DNA of 64,000 nucleotides from Escherichia coli (GTDB lineage Bacteria; Pseudomonadota; Gammaproteobacteria; Enterobacterales; Enterobacteriaceae): NCBI RefSeq assembly GCF_044647545.1, contig NZ_CP172818.1; one strand, 5' to 3'. Shown piece by piece: positions 49,614 to 62,738 of this stretch (position 1 is its first letter; each line of letters starts with the position of its first letter). The notes under the pieces were generated by a model. It saw only the letters and a program-made list of their open reading frames with translations, ran no database searches and was not told where the DNA came from. The position numbers and the translations under genes were made by a program.

Positions 49614-51427
49614 ATGAGCAAAATATCAGGTTGGAATTTTTCTCAACACATTACATCAGCCGACAATTTTAAACAAAAAAGTGAAGTTTTAAATACCTGG
49701 CGTGTTGGAATGAATAATTTTGCCCATAATGCCGAGGGGCAGGATAATACAAGAAATATCCTTGATCCTAAGACATTTTTGGAGTTTTTGGTAAAAATAT
49801 TTACCCTGGGTTATGTGGATTTTAGCAAACGCTCCAACGAAGCGGGAAGAAATATGATGGCTCATATTGAGTCCTCATCTTATATCAAAAATAATGATGG
49901 CAGTGAGATAATGAAGTTTGTTATGAATAATCCTGAAGGGGAACGAGCGGATTTATCTAAGGTGGAAATAGAAATTACACTTTCCACTATCACTACTATG
50001 GGGACTCGTCAAGGACATACAGCCATTATATTTCCACAATCTGATTTTTTGAGTTTTCGTTATGAAGGTAAGTCTTTTGAAAGAAAAGATGATAGTTCAT
50101 TACACCTGATTACTAACAAGGTTCTGGCGTGTTACCAACGCGAAGCTAACAAGGAAATAACGCGTCTATTAAATAATCATCAGAAGTTAAATAATCGTCA
50201 GAAGTTAAATAATCTACAGAAGTTAAATAATCTACAGAAGTTAAATAATCTACAGAAGTTAAATAATCTACAGAAGTTAAATAATCTGCAGAAGTTAAAT
50301 AATCTCAGAAGTTAAATAATTCGCAGGAGTTAAATAATCCGCAGGAGTTAAATAATCCGCAGGAGTTAAATAATTCTCAGGACTTAAATAACTCGCAGGT
50401 GAGTTGTAAAGGTTCAGTTGATTCTACGATTACGGATTTATTAGAAAAACCATTAAATAATGCATTATTAGCAATAAGGAACGAACATCTGCTATTAATG
50501 CCTCATGTATGTGATGAATCGATTTCATACTTACTGGGCGAAAATGGTATACTTGATGAAATAGATAAGCTCTACGAATATGATCACGGAATTGATAATG
50601 ACAAAAAAGGTAACAATGAAATTAATGACATCATGATTAACCTGTCTCATATTCTTATTGATTCCTTAGATGATGCAAAGGTTAACCTTACACCGGTCAT
50701 CCATTCGATGTTGGTGACTTTTTTAGAATTGCCATATAATAATGATGTAAAAATACTGGAATGGTGTTTTAATAAAAGCATGCAATATTTTGATGATTCT
50801 GCAAAGATAAAGCATGCATGCTCCGTAATAAATCATATTAATCTTCTCAGCGATCAGTCTAAAATAGCTGAGGCATTATTTTTCAATCTCGATAAAGAAC
50901 CCTATAAAAATAGCCCTGAATTACAGGGGTTGATTTGGAATAAGTTGGTTGTATATGTCAATGATTTTAATTTAAGTAATCAAGAAAAATCACGCTTAAT
51001 ACTAAGGTTATTTGATGATGTTAAGTTGCTATTTAATGAAGTGCCTGTCAGCATTTTAGTAAATGACATTTTTTTGAAGGTTTTTTTCATGAAACAACCT
51101 GATTTTGCTCAGCGGTACTTCTATCAATTACTTAAGAAGTATGAGGGCGAACAGCTGTATCTTAATGAGTTAGGATATGTTTTTGGTGATGAGGAAAAAA
51201 CAAAAGAAATTGTAAATAAACTTCCGGGTTATGACGTTAAGATTTTTGAAGAAAAGATCGATAATGAATTAAAAATTAGAACAAGAATGATGAAAATCCT
51301 CCAGAATGGCAAAATTAATATATATGAATATATTAATAAAGAACAGCTAGAAAAATTAAATCCTCCGGAAAATTTACGTATAACAATAGAAAAATTTGGC
51401 TGGAAGAAAAAAACTATCACTGCATAA
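49614..51427 (+). pseudogene. yjgL: yjgL-like gene of unknown function, split by a -1 frameshift inside an internal tandem repeat
   Basis: ORFs 49614-50315 (233 aa) and 50399-51427 (342 aa) lie in different frames; the frame after the break still encodes the same hexapeptide repeat; restoring one nucleotide gives a single ORF of about 604 codons. Confidence 0.7.
50181..50398 (+). repeat. 18-bp coding tandem repeat array (about 12 units, hexapeptide QKLNNL-like)
   Basis: Units CAGAAGTTAAATAATCTA with minor variants; unit 7 (50289-50305) is 17 nt. Confidence 0.9.
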
Positions 51428-51483
51428 AATAATGTGATGCCGGGATGTTGTTGTATTTCCCGGCATCTTTATAGCGATATCAA

Positions 51484-52488
51484 TTATTTACTGAGCGTCG
51501 CGACCATCACCGCTTTGATAGTATGCATACGGTTTTCCGCCTGATCAAAAACAATGCTGGCGGCAGATTCGAAGACCTCATCAGTCACTTCCATTCCGCC
51601 ATGTAGGCCAAACTCTTCCGCCATTTTCTTGCCAAGCGTCGTTTGGTCGTCATGAAACGCGGGCAGGCAGTGGAGGAATTTGACCTCCGGGTTACCGGTC
51701 AACTGCATCATCTTGCTGTTCACCTGATATTCACGCAGTAATGCAATCCGTTCCGCCCATTTCTCTTTTGCTTCCCCCATCGACACCCACACATCGGTAT
51801 AGATAAAGTCAGCACCTTCAACTCCCTTCGCGACATCTTCCGTCAGCGTAATATTCCCACCATTTTGCTGTGCCAGGGCGCGGCATTCCGTAACCAGCGC
51901 AGCTTCCGGCCAGCATGCCTGCGGCGCGACCAGACGCAAATCCAGACCGGTAAGCGCCGCAGCTTCGAGCATCGAATTGCCCATATTGTTACGCGCGTCA
52001 CCTGCATAAACCAGCGTCATTTCGTTGAACGCTTTGCCGGGCAAATGCTCCTGCATGGTGAGGAGATCCGCCAGAAGCTGCGTGGGGTGAAACTCATTGG
52101 TCAGGCCGTTCCATACCGGCACGCCAGCGTATTCCGCCAGTGTTTCGACAATCTCCTGACCATAGCCGCGATACTGAATACCGTCATACATGCGACCAAG
52201 CACGCGGGCAGTGTCTTTAATCGACTCTTTATGACCAATCTGGCTGCCGCTTGGGCCGAGATAAGTAACGCGAGCACCCTGGTCATATGCGGCAACTTCG
52301 AAAGAGCATCGGGTACGAGTCGAGTCTTTTTCGAAGATGAGCGCGATGTTTTTACCAGTGAGTTTGGCTTCTTCTTTACCGCTTTTCTTATCGGCTTTCA
52401 GCTTCGCGGCTAACTGCAGCAGGCTGTTGAGTTCAGCTGGCGTGAAATCGAGTAATTTCAGGAAATGCTTATGATAAAACCCGGACAT
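51484..52488 (-). CDS. argI: Ornithine carbamoyltransferase
   Basis: 334 aa [21 protein letters not shown]..., STRTR and HCLP motifs; adjacency to rraB argues for argI rather than argF. Confidence 0.9.
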   Translation of the reverse strand: MSGFYHKHFLKLLDFTPAELNSLLQLAAKLKADKKSGKEEAKLTGKNIALIFEKDSTRTRCSFEVAAYDQGARVTYLGPSGSQIGHKESIKDTARVLGRMYDGIQYRGYGQEIVETLAEYAGVPVWNGLTNEFHPTQLLADLLTMQEHLPGKAFNEMTLVYAGDARNNMGNSMLEAAALTGLDLRLVAPQACWPEAALVTECRALAQQNGGNITLTEDVAKGVEGADFIYTDVWVSMGEAKEKWAERIALLREYQVNSKMMQLTGNPEVKFLHCLPAFHDDQTTLGKKMAEEFGLHGGMEVTDEVFESAASIVFDQAENRMHTIKAVMVATLSK

Positions 52489-52513
52489 AGATCCCTCCTG
52501 TGGCTAACGCCTC

Positions 52514-52553
52514 AATGAATTAAAATTCAATTTATATGGATGATTATTCATTT
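52514..52553. promoter_or_regulatory. Tandem ARG boxes (ArgR operator) of argI
   Basis: AATGAATTAAAATTCAAT and TATGGATGATTATTCATT match the TGAAT-N4-ATTCA ARG-box pattern. Confidence 0.65.
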
Positions 52554-52649
52554 GCAAGTCTAAAGCATAAATCTTTGTCACAAAGGTGGAGGCAATGTCA
52601 GTGGTGTGTGACAATAAGAGTATCGGCAGGACATTAAGAGGAATGAGCC

Positions 52650-53066
52650 ATGGCAAACCCGGAACAACTGGAAGAACAGCGTGAAGAAACACGTTTGATT
52701 ATTGAAGAATTACTGGAAGATGGCAGCGATCCGGACGCGCTGTACACCATCGAACACCATCTTTCCGCAGACGATCTGGAAACACTGGAAAAAGCAGCAG
52801 TTGAAGCGTTTAAACTCGGTTACGAAGTGACCGATCCAGAAGAGCTGGAAGTTGAAGATGGTGACATCGTGATTTGCTGCGACATCCTCAGCGAGTGCGC
52901 GTTGAATGCCGATCTGATCGATGCCCAGGTTGAACAACTGATGACGCTGGCAGAGAAATTTGACGTTGAGTACGACGGTTGGGGCACTTACTTTGAAGAT
53001 CCTAACGGCGAAGATGGCGACGATGAAGATTTTGTCGATGAAGACGATGACGGAGTTCGCCACTAA
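52650..53066 (+). CDS. rraB: RNase E inhibitor RraB
   Basis: 138 aa highly acidic protein [29 protein letters not shown]... Confidence 0.9.
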
Positions 53067-53070
53067 TTAA

Positions 53071-53150
53071 GCGTTGCGCATCAGGCCCAGGTAGTTCCTG
53101 CAACCTGGTGAATTTGTTGCCCGGATAAGGCATTCATGTCACATCCGGCA
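53071..53150. repeat. REP-like elements
   Basis: GCGTTGCGCATCAGGC and GCCCGGATAAGGCATTCATGTCACATCCGGCA. Confidence 0.5.
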
Positions 53151-53181
53151 TAAACAAAACGTACGTTGTTAATGTTCGAAT

Positions 53182-53215
53182 GCCCGCGAGTTGAACACGC
53201 GGGCATTTTTTTAGA
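53182..53215 (+). terminator. Rho-independent terminator after rraB
   Basis: TGCCCGCGagttgaacaCGCGGGCA followed by TTTTTTT; overlaps the yjgM 3' end. Confidence 0.55.
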
Positions 53216-53714
53216 GTTCGCGCAACATCCGCACTTCACAATCGACATGGCCCGTGCAGCCAAGCGCATAGTCGATATGCTCAAAGCCCAAATGCTCATA
53301 AAGCGCAATGGCTTCCTTTAAAAAAGCGGTCGTTTCCAGATAGCAGCGTTTGAAACCCATCTCTCGCGCCTGCTCCATCGCCATTAAGGCCAGTTTTTTT
53401 GCCAGCCCTTTGCCGCGGATAGCCGGAAGAAAATACATCTTTTGCAGTTCGCAAATATCCGACTCACTCCCGGTTAATGGCGCTATCCCACCGCCGCCGA
53501 CCACTTCACCCTCGTACTCAACGACCCAATATGCATGGCCAGGCTGACTATACACTTGATACAGCTCGTCAAGATTCGGATCGGCGACGGTGTAGCCTTT
53601 ATCAGCGGTAAGACCGTATTCGGCGGATACCTGACGAATGACGCGGGCGATAGCAGGATTATCCTGCAGCGTCAGGCGACGCATTACAGGTGATTGCGGC
53701 GCAATGTTATTCAT
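53211..53714 (-). CDS. yjgM: GNAT-family N-acetyltransferase YjgM
   Basis: 167 aa with acetyl-CoA binding motif (...[22 protein letters not shown]...). Confidence 0.8.
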   Translation of the reverse strand: MNNIAPQSPVMRRLTLQDNPAIARVIRQVSAEYGLTADKGYTVADPNLDELYQVYSQPGHAYWVVEYEGEVVGGGGIAPLTGSESDICELQKMYFLPAIRGKGLAKKLALMAMEQAREMGFKRCYLETTAFLKEAIALYEHLGFEHIDYALGCTGHVDCEVRMLREL

Positions 53715-53905
53715 AGTTTAACCCAATAAAAATAAAGTAATTATACATTTGTTTAATACCACTCTCTTCTTACGTGCGCAAGCGACTTATAAGTAATAAA
53801 GTTTTTGCCAGCCTATTACTGATAAGAGTATTGTAACGTGGCAGAACATTTTACTGTCTGTATATATAAGTTATATCAATGGATTTTTTAATTCAGGGAA
53901 TTTTT

Positions 53906-55102
53906 ATGGCTCAAGTTATTAATGAAATGGATGTTCCGTCCCATTCGTTTGTTTTTCATGGTACAGGTGAGAGATATTTTCTTATTTGTGTGGTGAATGT
54001 GTTGTTAACGATTATAACGCTAGGTATCTATTTACCATGGGCATTAATGAAATGTAAGCGTTATCTTTATGCTAATATGGAAGTTAACGGACAACGATTT
54101 TCTTATGGAATAACCGGTGGGAATGTTTTTGTTAGTTGTCTTATTTTTGTTTTTTTCTATTTCGCAATCTTAATGACAGTGTCAGCAGATATGCCGCTTG
54201 TTGGTTGTGTTTTGACTTTGTTACTGTTGGTTTTGCTTATATTTATGGCAGCAAAAGGACTGCGTCATCAGGCCTTAATGACCAGTCTCAACGGCGTAAG
54301 ATTTAGTTTTAATTGCTCTATGAAAGGGTTCTGGTGGGTGACCTTTTTCTTGCCGATTTTAATGGCCGTTGGGATGGGGACTGTTTTCTTTATCTCGACA
54401 AAGATGCTACATGCCAATAGTTCAAGTAGTGTTATTATATCTATGGTTCTGATGGCAATAGTTGGTATTGTTTCCATTGGTATTTTTAATGGTACTTTAT
54501 ATAGTCTGGTAATGAGTTTTCTCTGGAGCAATACCAGTTTCGGTATCCATCGTTTCAAGGTGAAATTAGATACTACGTATTGTATAAAATATGCCATTCT
54601 CGCATTTTTAGCTTTATTGCCTTTTCTCGCTGTTGCTGGTTATATTATCTTCGATCAAATATTAAATGCGTATGATAGTTCTGTATATGCAAATGATGAC
54701 ATTGAGAATTTACAGCAATTTATGGAAATGCAACGTAAAATGATAATCGCGCAGTTAATCTATTATTTTGGGATTGCTGTTAGCACCAGTTATTTAACGG
54801 TGTCGTTGCGAAACCATTTTATGAGCAACCTGTCACTGAATGATGGGCGTATTCGTTTTCGCTCAACTTTAACGTACCACGGTATGCTTTATCGCATGTG
54901 TGCGTTGGTGGTGATATCCGGGATTACGGGCGGTCTGGCTTATCCACTGCTGAAAATATGGATGATTGACTGGCAGGCAAAAAATACGTATTTGCTGGGC
55001 GATTTGGATGACCTTCCTTTAATCAATAAAGAAGAACAACCAGATAAAGGCTTCTTAGCCAGTATTTCACGGGGAATTATGCCTTCTTTACCATTTCTGT
55101 AA
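53906..55102 (+). CDS. yjgN: DUF898-family inner membrane protein YjgN
   Basis: 398 aa from MAQVINEMDVP..., multiple hydrophobic segments, AT-rich. Confidence 0.8.
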   Translation: MAQVINEMDVPSHSFVFHGTGERYFLICVVNVLLTIITLGIYLPWALMKCKRYLYANMEVNGQRFSYGITGGNVFVSCLIFVFFYFAILMTVSADMPLVGCVLTLLLLVLLIFMAAKGLRHQALMTSLNGVRFSFNCSMKGFWWVTFFLPILMAVGMGTVFFISTKMLHANSSSSVIISMVLMAIVGIVSIGIFNGTLYSLVMSFLWSNTSFGIHRFKVKLDTTYCIKYAILAFLALLPFLAVAGYIIFDQILNAYDSSVYANDDIENLQQFMEMQRKMIIAQLIYYFGIAVSTSYLTVSLRNHFMSNLSLNDGRIRFRSTLTYHGMLYRMCALVVISGITGGLAYPLLKIWMIDWQAKNTYLLGDLDDLPLINKEEQPDKGFLASISRGIMPSLPFL

Positions 55103-55107
55103 GAGAT

Positions 55108-55141
55108 AAAAAAGGCCGGAGCATGCTCCGGCCTTCGTTTT
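55108..55141. terminator. Bidirectional terminator between yjgN and valS
   Basis: AAAAAA-GGCCGGAGCatgCTCCGGCC-TTCGTTTT. Confidence 0.75.
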
Positions 55142-55157
55142 CATCACTGTGTTTTGA

Positions 55158-58013
55158 TTACAGCGCGGCGATAACAGCCTGCTGTTCAATCAGCTTCGCT
55201 TTCGCTTCTGCATAACCTTCCAGCTTCTCACGCTCTTTCGCGATAACCGCTTCCGGTGCGCGGGCGACAAAGCCTTCATTTGCCAGCTTGTTCTCGATGC
55301 GGCTGATTTCACCTTCGATCTTCGCCACTTCTTTCGCCAGGCGCGCCAGCTCATCTTCTTTGTTGATGAGGCCAGCCATCGGGATCAGCAGCTCTGCGCC
55401 GTCGATGATCTTGGTAACGGAAACCGGACCTTTGTCATCGGCAGGCAGCACGGTGATGCTTTCCAGACGCGCCAGCGTTTGCAGGAAGCCACGGTTTTCG
55501 TTCACTCGACGTTCTGCATCCGCGCTGCAACCACGCAGCAGCAGTTCCAGCGGTTTGCCCGGCGCGATGTTCATTTCTGCACGGATGTTACGTACAGCAA
55601 CGATCGCCTGTTTCAGCCACTCGGTGTCGGCCAGTGCCGCTTCATCCACCTGAGACGCATCGTACTGCGGGAACGGCTGCAGCATGATGGTGTCGGCAGT
55701 GATACCACAAAGTACTTTCACACGCTGCCAGATGGTTTCGGTGATGAACGGAATGATCGGATGCGCGAGGCGCAGCAGACCTTCCAGTACAGTCACCAGC
55801 GTATGGCGAGTACCGCGCAGTTCTGCTTCGGTGCCACCGTTCATTACCGGCTTGGTCAGCTCGAGATACCAGTCACAGAACTGGTTCCAGGTGAATTCAT
55901 ACAGAATGCCTGCGGCGATATCGAAGCGGAAGCTGTCCAGCGCTTCGCGGTACGCTTTGATGGTCTGGTTGAACTCCGCCAGAATCCAGCGATCCGCCAG
56001 CGACAGCGTCATTTCGCCGCCGTTGAAGCCGCAATCCTGACCTTCTGTGTTCATCAGCACAAAGCGGCTGGCGTTCCACAGCTTGTTACAGAAGTTACGG
56101 TAACCTTCCAGGCGCTTCATATCCCAGTTGATGTCACGACCGGTAGACGCCAGCGCCGCCAGGGTGAAGCGCAGGGCATCGGTGCCGTGCGGTTCAATGC
56201 CGTTCGGGAACTGTTTCTCGGTGCGCTTACGGATTTTGTCCGCCAGCTGCGGCTGCATCATATTGCCGGTACGTTTTTCCAGCAGTTCTGGCAGCGAAAT
56301 ACCGTCAACCATATCCAGCGGGTCGATAACGTTACCCTTGGATTTGGACATTTTCTGGCCTTCGTCGTCACGAATCAGACCGGTCATGTAAACAGTGTGG
56401 AACGGCACCTGCGGTTTGCCATTTTCATCTTTGATGAAGTGCATGGTCATCATGATCATGCGGGCAATCCAGAAGAAGATGATGTCGAAACCAGATACCA
56501 TCACGCTGGTTGGGTGGAACTGACGCAGGGCGTCGGTATTTTCCGGCCAGCCAAGGGTAGAGAAGGTCCACAGCGCAGAAGAGAACCAGGTGTCGAGAAC
56601 GTCTTCGTCCTGACGCAGGACAACATCAGCACCGAGGTTATTTTCTTTACGCACTTCGTCTTCGTTGCGGCCAACATAAACGTTACCCGCTTCGTCATAC
56701 CATGCCGGGATACGGTGACCCCACCACAACTGACGAGAGATACACCAGTCCTGAATATCGCGCATCCAGGAGAAGTACATGTTTTCGTACTGCTTCGGTA
56801 CGAACTGAATGTCGCCGTTCTCAACCGCTTCAACCGCCGGTTTCGCCAGGACATCGGCACGCACGTACCACTGGTCGGTCAGCATCGGTTCGATAACTAC
56901 GCCGCCACGGTCGCCGTAAGGAACGGTCAGGTCGTGCGGTTTAATTTCTTCCAGCAGGCCGAGTGCGTCAACCGCAGCAACGACCGCTTTACGTGCAGCA
57001 AAACGCTCCAGTTTCTGGAATTCTGCCGGGATCTCGCTGGAATAAACGTCAGATTCGTTACCTTTGGTATCGAACACCTGGGCGCTTTCACGGATATCGC
57101 CGTCAAAGGTAAGGATGTTGATCATCGGCAGGGCGTGACGTTTACCGACTTCATAGTCGTTAAAGTCGTGCGCCGGGGTGATCTTCACGCAGCCGGTGCC
57201 TTTTTCCATGTCGGCGTGTTCGTCGCCAACGATCGGAATACGACGGTTAACCAGCGGTAGAATGACATATTTGCCAATCAGATCTTTGTAACGCGGATCT
57301 TCTGGGTTAACGGCCACGCCGGTATCGCCCAGCAGGGTTTCCGGACGGGTAGTCGCAACCACCAGATAATCTTTACCATCTGCGGTTTTCGCGCCGTCAG
57401 CCAGCGGATAGCGGATGTGCCACATCGAACCTTTCGATTCGCGGTTTTCCACTTCCAGGTCAGAGATAGCGGTGCGCAGTTTCGGGTCCCAGTTTACCAG
57501 GCGCTTGCCACGGTAAATCAGGTCTTCTTTATACAGACGAACGAAAACTTCTTTCACCGCATTGGACAGACCTTCGTCCATGGTGAAGCGTTCACGCTCC
57601 CAGTCGACGGAGTTGCCGAGACGGCGCATCTGACGGGTAATGGTGCCGCCGGATTCCGCTTTCCATTCCCAGATTTTGTCGATGAAAGCTTCGCGGCCGT
57701 AGTCGTGACGGGTTTTACCTTCTTCTGCGGCAATCTTGCGCTCAACGACCATCTGGGTAGCGATCCCGGCGTGGTCAGTACCGACCTGCCACAGGGTGTT
57801 TTTGCCCTGCATGCGCTGATAGCGGATCATGGTATCCATGATGGTTTGCTGGAAGGCGTGACCCATATGCAAACTGCCGGTGACGTTCGGCGGCGGGATC
57901 ATGATGCAGAAACTTTCCTGGCTTTCATCGCCATTAGGCTTAAAGTAGCCCTGCTTTTCCCAGTGCTCGTAAAGCGGCTGTTCGATATCTTGTGGGTTAT
58001 ATGTCTTTTCCAT
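55158..58013 (-). CDS. valS: Valine--tRNA ligase
   Basis: 951 aa, HIGH motif (GSLHMGHA) and KMSKS motif. Confidence 0.95.
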   Translation of the reverse strand: MEKTYNPQDIEQPLYEHWEKQGYFKPNGDESQESFCIMIPPPNVTGSLHMGHAFQQTIMDTMIRYQRMQGKNTLWQVGTDHAGIATQMVVERKIAAEEGKTRHDYGREAFIDKIWEWKAESGGTITRQMRRLGNSVDWERERFTMDEGLSNAVKEVFVRLYKEDLIYRGKRLVNWDPKLRTAISDLEVENRESKGSMWHIRYPLADGAKTADGKDYLVVATTRPETLLGDTGVAVNPEDPRYKDLIGKYVILPLVNRRIPIVGDEHADMEKGTGCVKITPAHDFNDYEVGKRHALPMINILTFDGDIRESAQVFDTKGNESDVYSSEIPAEFQKLERFAARKAVVAAVDALGLLEEIKPHDLTVPYGDRGGVVIEPMLTDQWYVRADVLAKPAVEAVENGDIQFVPKQYENMYFSWMRDIQDWCISRQLWWGHRIPAWYDEAGNVYVGRNEDEVRKENNLGADVVLRQDEDVLDTWFSSALWTFSTLGWPENTDALRQFHPTSVMVSGFDIIFFWIARMIMMTMHFIKDENGKPQVPFHTVYMTGLIRDDEGQKMSKSKGNVIDPLDMVDGISLPELLEKRTGNMMQPQLADKIRKRTEKQFPNGIEPHGTDALRFTLAALASTGRDINWDMKRLEGYRNFCNKLWNASRFVLMNTEGQDCGFNGGEMTLSLADRWILAEFNQTIKAYREALDSFRFDIAAGILYEFTWNQFCDWYLELTKPVMNGGTEAELRGTRHTLVTVLEGLLRLAHPIIPFITETIWQRVKVLCGITADTIMLQPFPQYDASQVDEAALADTEWLKQAIVAVRNIRAEMNIAPGKPLELLLRGCSADAERRVNENRGFLQTLARLESITVLPADDKGPVSVTKIIDGAELLIPMAGLINKEDELARLAKEVAKIEGEISRIENKLANEGFVARAPEAVIAKEREKLEGYAEAKAKLIEQQAVIAAL

Positions 58014-58456
58014 TATTTCCAGGTTGCCGTATTCAGGTTGAAACCAGCCACGCGGTAGGCTTTATAGCGTTCGCGCGCCAGTTGTTTCAGAGAATCTTCA
58101 TAAGGAACGAAGTCTACCACTTCTGTGAAAGCGGTGGCAAAATCTGCAAAGCTTGTTCGCAGACTAATCAATATATCGCGCGGGCTGCTGCTACGCTTTT
58201 GCGGCCAGGCGATCTCCACCGGCGCACCGCCGCGCGGTCCTTCTCCCGCTAAATTATGCGGAACAAAGCTTTCTGCCGGACGCGCCCACAGGGCTTCATC
58301 CAGCCGGTAAGCCTGCTTTTCATCTTCACAGGCGATGAGCACGCGCTTACCGCTGCGCCAACGTTCTGCGGCAATTTCACACACCAACTGCTCAACGGCG
58401 CTTAAGCCATCGACGGTGGTGTCATTGTCCAGAAGGTAGAACGTTGCGTTTTTCAT
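58013..58456 (-). CDS. holC: DNA polymerase III chi subunit
   Basis: 147 aa [25 protein letters not shown]...; stop overlaps the valS start by 1 nt. Confidence 0.9.
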   Translation of the reverse strand: MKNATFYLLDNDTTVDGLSAVEQLVCEIAAERWRSGKRVLIACEDEKQAYRLDEALWARPAESFVPHNLAGEGPRGGAPVEIAWPQKRSSSPRDILISLRTSFADFATAFTEVVDFVPYEDSLKQLARERYKAYRVAGFNLNTATWK

Positions 58457-58485
58457 ATATGGGGCTTCTTGTGGTGGATTTAAAT

Positions 58486-58596
<111 letters not shown>

Positions 58597-58617
58597 TAAC
58601 AACTTTGCCTGATGCAA

Positions 58618-60132
<1,515 letters not shown>

Positions 60133-60395
60133 CTACGCTCCTGAATCTTAAAGACAACGGCGGTGGCTACAGATAGAATTGCAAGCTTTCGTAACTCATG
60201 TCCGCTGTTGCGATGACTTCGTGTTAATCTTAACGTTATTACGGCATTGGCACGTCAGAACATAATCTGAGAGGTGAATCCGTTGAGTATAATTATCTTA
60301 GCGACGATTTCGACGACTCAAGAGAATAAATGACGTTTAAGCCATGAAACAAGCTAAAATCCTGCAAAAGACGAGTTTTTACGGGCGTATTTAAA

Positions 60396-61496
60396 GTGAT
60401 AATCATAAGATATCTGGTGCGGGAGACGCTCAAAAGCCAGCTGGCGATACTCTTCATCTTGCTTTTGATCTTCTTCTGTCAAAAGTTAGTGAGGATCCTC
60501 GGCGCAGCGGTTGACGGCGATATTCCGGCGAATCTGGTGCTCTCCCTTCTCGGGTTGGGCGTGCCGGAAATGGCGCAGCTTATCCTGCCATTAAGCCTGT
60601 TCCTCGGGCTGCTGATGACGCTGGGCAAACTGTATACCGAAAGTGAAATTACGGTAATGCATGCCTGCGGCCTGAGCAAAGCGGTTCTGGTGAAAGCGGC
60701 AATGATCCTTGCGGTATTCACGGCAATCGTCGCGGCGGTTAACGTGATGTGGGCGGGACCGTGGTCATCGCGTCATCAGGATGAAGTGTTAGCAGAAGCG
60801 AAAGCGAACCCTGGCATGGCGGCGCTGGCGCAAGGGCAATTCCAGCAAGCGACTAATGGCAGTTCGGTGCTGTTCATCGAAAGCGTTGACGGCAGCGATT
60901 TCAAAGATGTGTTCCTCGCGCAAATTCGACCAAAAGGTAATGCACGTCCTTCTGTGGTGGTGGCCGATTCCGGACATTTAACCCAGCTGCGCGACGGCTC
61001 CCAGGTCGTCACTCTCAACCAGGGAACGCGCTTCGAAGGCACTGCACTGTTACGTGATTTCCGCATTACGGATTTCCAGGATTATCAGGCGATCATTGGT
61101 CACCAGGCGGTGGTGCTCGACCCGAACGATACCGACCAGATGGACATGCGCACATTGTGGAACACTGACACCGATCGTGCTCGCGCAGAACTGAACTGGC
61201 GTATCACGTTGGTATTCACCGTGTTTATGATGGCACTTATGGTCGTACCGCTGAGCGTGGTTAACCCACGTCAGGGACGCGTACTGTCGATGCTGCCAGC
61301 CATGCTGCTGTATCTGTTGTTCTTCCTGATCCAGACCTCCCTGAAATCGAACGGCGGTAAAGGTAAGCTGGACCCGACGCTGTGGATGTGGACCGTTAAC
61401 CTGATTTATCTGGCTTTGGCGATTGTTCTCAACCTTTGGGACACCGTGCCGGTCCGCCGCCTGCGCGCCAGTTTTTCGCGTAAAGGAGCGGTGTGA
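60396..61496 (+). CDS. lptF: LPS export ABC permease LptF
   Basis: 366 aa, GTG start, YjgP/YjgQ permease family. Confidence 0.9.
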   Translation: MIIIRYLVRETLKSQLAILFILLLIFFCQKLVRILGAAVDGDIPANLVLSLLGLGVPEMAQLILPLSLFLGLLMTLGKLYTESEITVMHACGLSKAVLVKAAMILAVFTAIVAAVNVMWAGPWSSRHQDEVLAEAKANPGMAALAQGQFQQATNGSSVLFIESVDGSDFKDVFLAQIRPKGNARPSVVVADSGHLTQLRDGSQVVTLNQGTRFEGTALLRDFRITDFQDYQAIIGHQAVVLDPNDTDQMDMRTLWNTDTDRARAELNWRITLVFTVFMMALMVVPLSVVNPRQGRVLSMLPAMLLYLLFFLIQTSLKSNGGKGKLDPTLWMWTVNLIYLALAIVLNLWDTVPVRRLRASFSRKGAV

Positions 61497-62578
61497 TGCA
61501 ACCTTTTGGCGTACTTGACCGCTATATCGGTAAAACTATTTTCACCACCATCATGATGACACTGTTCATGCTGGTGTCGCTGTCGGGCATTATCAAATTT
61601 GTCGATCAGTTGAAAAAAGCCGGGCAGGGGAGTTACGACGCGTTAGGCGCAGGAATGTATACCTTGCTGAGCGTGCCGAAAGATGTGCAGATCTTCTTCC
61701 CGATGGCGGCTCTGCTTGGGGCGTTGCTTGGTCTTGGGATGCTGGCGCAGCGCAGCGAACTGGTGGTGATGCAGGCTTCTGGTTTTACCCGTATGCAGGT
61801 GGCGCTGTCGGTGATGAAAACCGCCATTCCGCTGGTCTTACTGACGATGGCGATTGGTGAATGGGTCGCGCCGCAGGGCGAGCAGATGGCGCGTAACTAC
61901 CGTGCGCAGGCGATGTACGGCGGCTCGTTGCTCTCTACCCAGCAAGGTTTATGGGCGAAAGATGGCAACAACTTCGTCTACATTGAGCGGGTTAAAGGTG
62001 ACGAAGAGTTAGGTGGCATCAGTATTTATGCCTTTAACGAGAATCGTCGTCTGCAATCCGTACGCTATGCCGCTACCGCGAAGTTTGACCCGGAACATAA
62101 AGTCTGGCGTCTGTCGCAGGTTGATGAATCTGATCTGACCAATCCGAAACAGATCACCGGTTCGCAGACGGTGAGCGGCACCTGGAAAACCAACCTCACG
62201 CCGGACAAACTGGGCGTGGTGGCGCTGGACCCGGATGCACTCTCCATCAGTGGTTTGCACAACTACGTGAAGTATCTGAAGTCGAGCGGTCAGGATGCCG
62301 GGCGTTATCAGCTCAACATGTGGAGCAAAATCTTCCAGCCGCTATCCGTGGCGGTGATGATGCTGATGGCGCTGTCGTTCATCTTTGGCCCACTGCGTAG
62401 CGTACCGATGGGTGTGCGTGTGGTCACCGGTATTAGCTTCGGTTTTGTCTTCTACGTACTGGACCAGATCTTCGGCCCGCTGACGTTGGTTTATGGCATC
62501 CCGCCGATCATCGGCGCACTGTTGCCAAGCGCTAGCTTCTTCTTAATCAGCCTGTGGCTGTTAATGAGAAAATCGTAA
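61496..62578 (+). CDS. lptG: LPS export ABC permease LptG
   Basis: 360 aa from MQPFGVLDRYIGK..., ATG overlaps the lptF stop. Confidence 0.9.
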   Translation: MQPFGVLDRYIGKTIFTTIMMTLFMLVSLSGIIKFVDQLKKAGQGSYDALGAGMYTLLSVPKDVQIFFPMAALLGALLGLGMLAQRSELVVMQASGFTRMQVALSVMKTAIPLVLLTMAIGEWVAPQGEQMARNYRAQAMYGGSLLSTQQGLWAKDGNNFVYIERVKGDEELGGISIYAFNENRRLQSVRYAATAKFDPEHKVWRLSQVDESDLTNPKQITGSQTVSGTWKTNLTPDKLGVVALDPDALSISGLHNYVKYLKSSGQDAGRYQLNMWSKIFQPLSVAVMMLMALSFIFGPLRSVPMGVRVVTGISFGFVFYVLDQIFGPLTLVYGIPPIIGALLPSASFFLISLWLLMRKS

Positions 62579-62592
62579 CCGAATGAACGAAT

Positions 62593-62620
62593 AAAGGGAG
62601 CGAAAGCTCCCTTTATTATT
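62593..62620 (+). terminator. Rho-independent terminator after lptG
   Basis: AAAGGGAGCgaaaGCTCCCTTT followed by ATTATT. Confidence 0.6.
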
Positions 62621-62738
62621 GTTAGCATAGTGTGCTTCGTTCATTTATGAAAAATCATTAAAATTCAATATATTGCAGTGGTGTGGGCATAATAAGACGC
62701 GCCAGCGTCGCATCAGGCAAAGACAAATCGCACCTGGC

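Noticed and set aside
50181..50398. Regular 18-bp repeat array considered as a CRISPR-like or VNTR locus
   Set aside because: Units are contiguous with no unique spacers, are in-frame coding sequence (hexapeptide linker) and far shorter than CRISPR repeats; it is a coding tandem repeat.
55479..57260. 593-aa ORF on the plus strand
   Set aside because: Antisense to valS; His/Arg/Val-rich low-complexity translation typical of a spurious shadow ORF.
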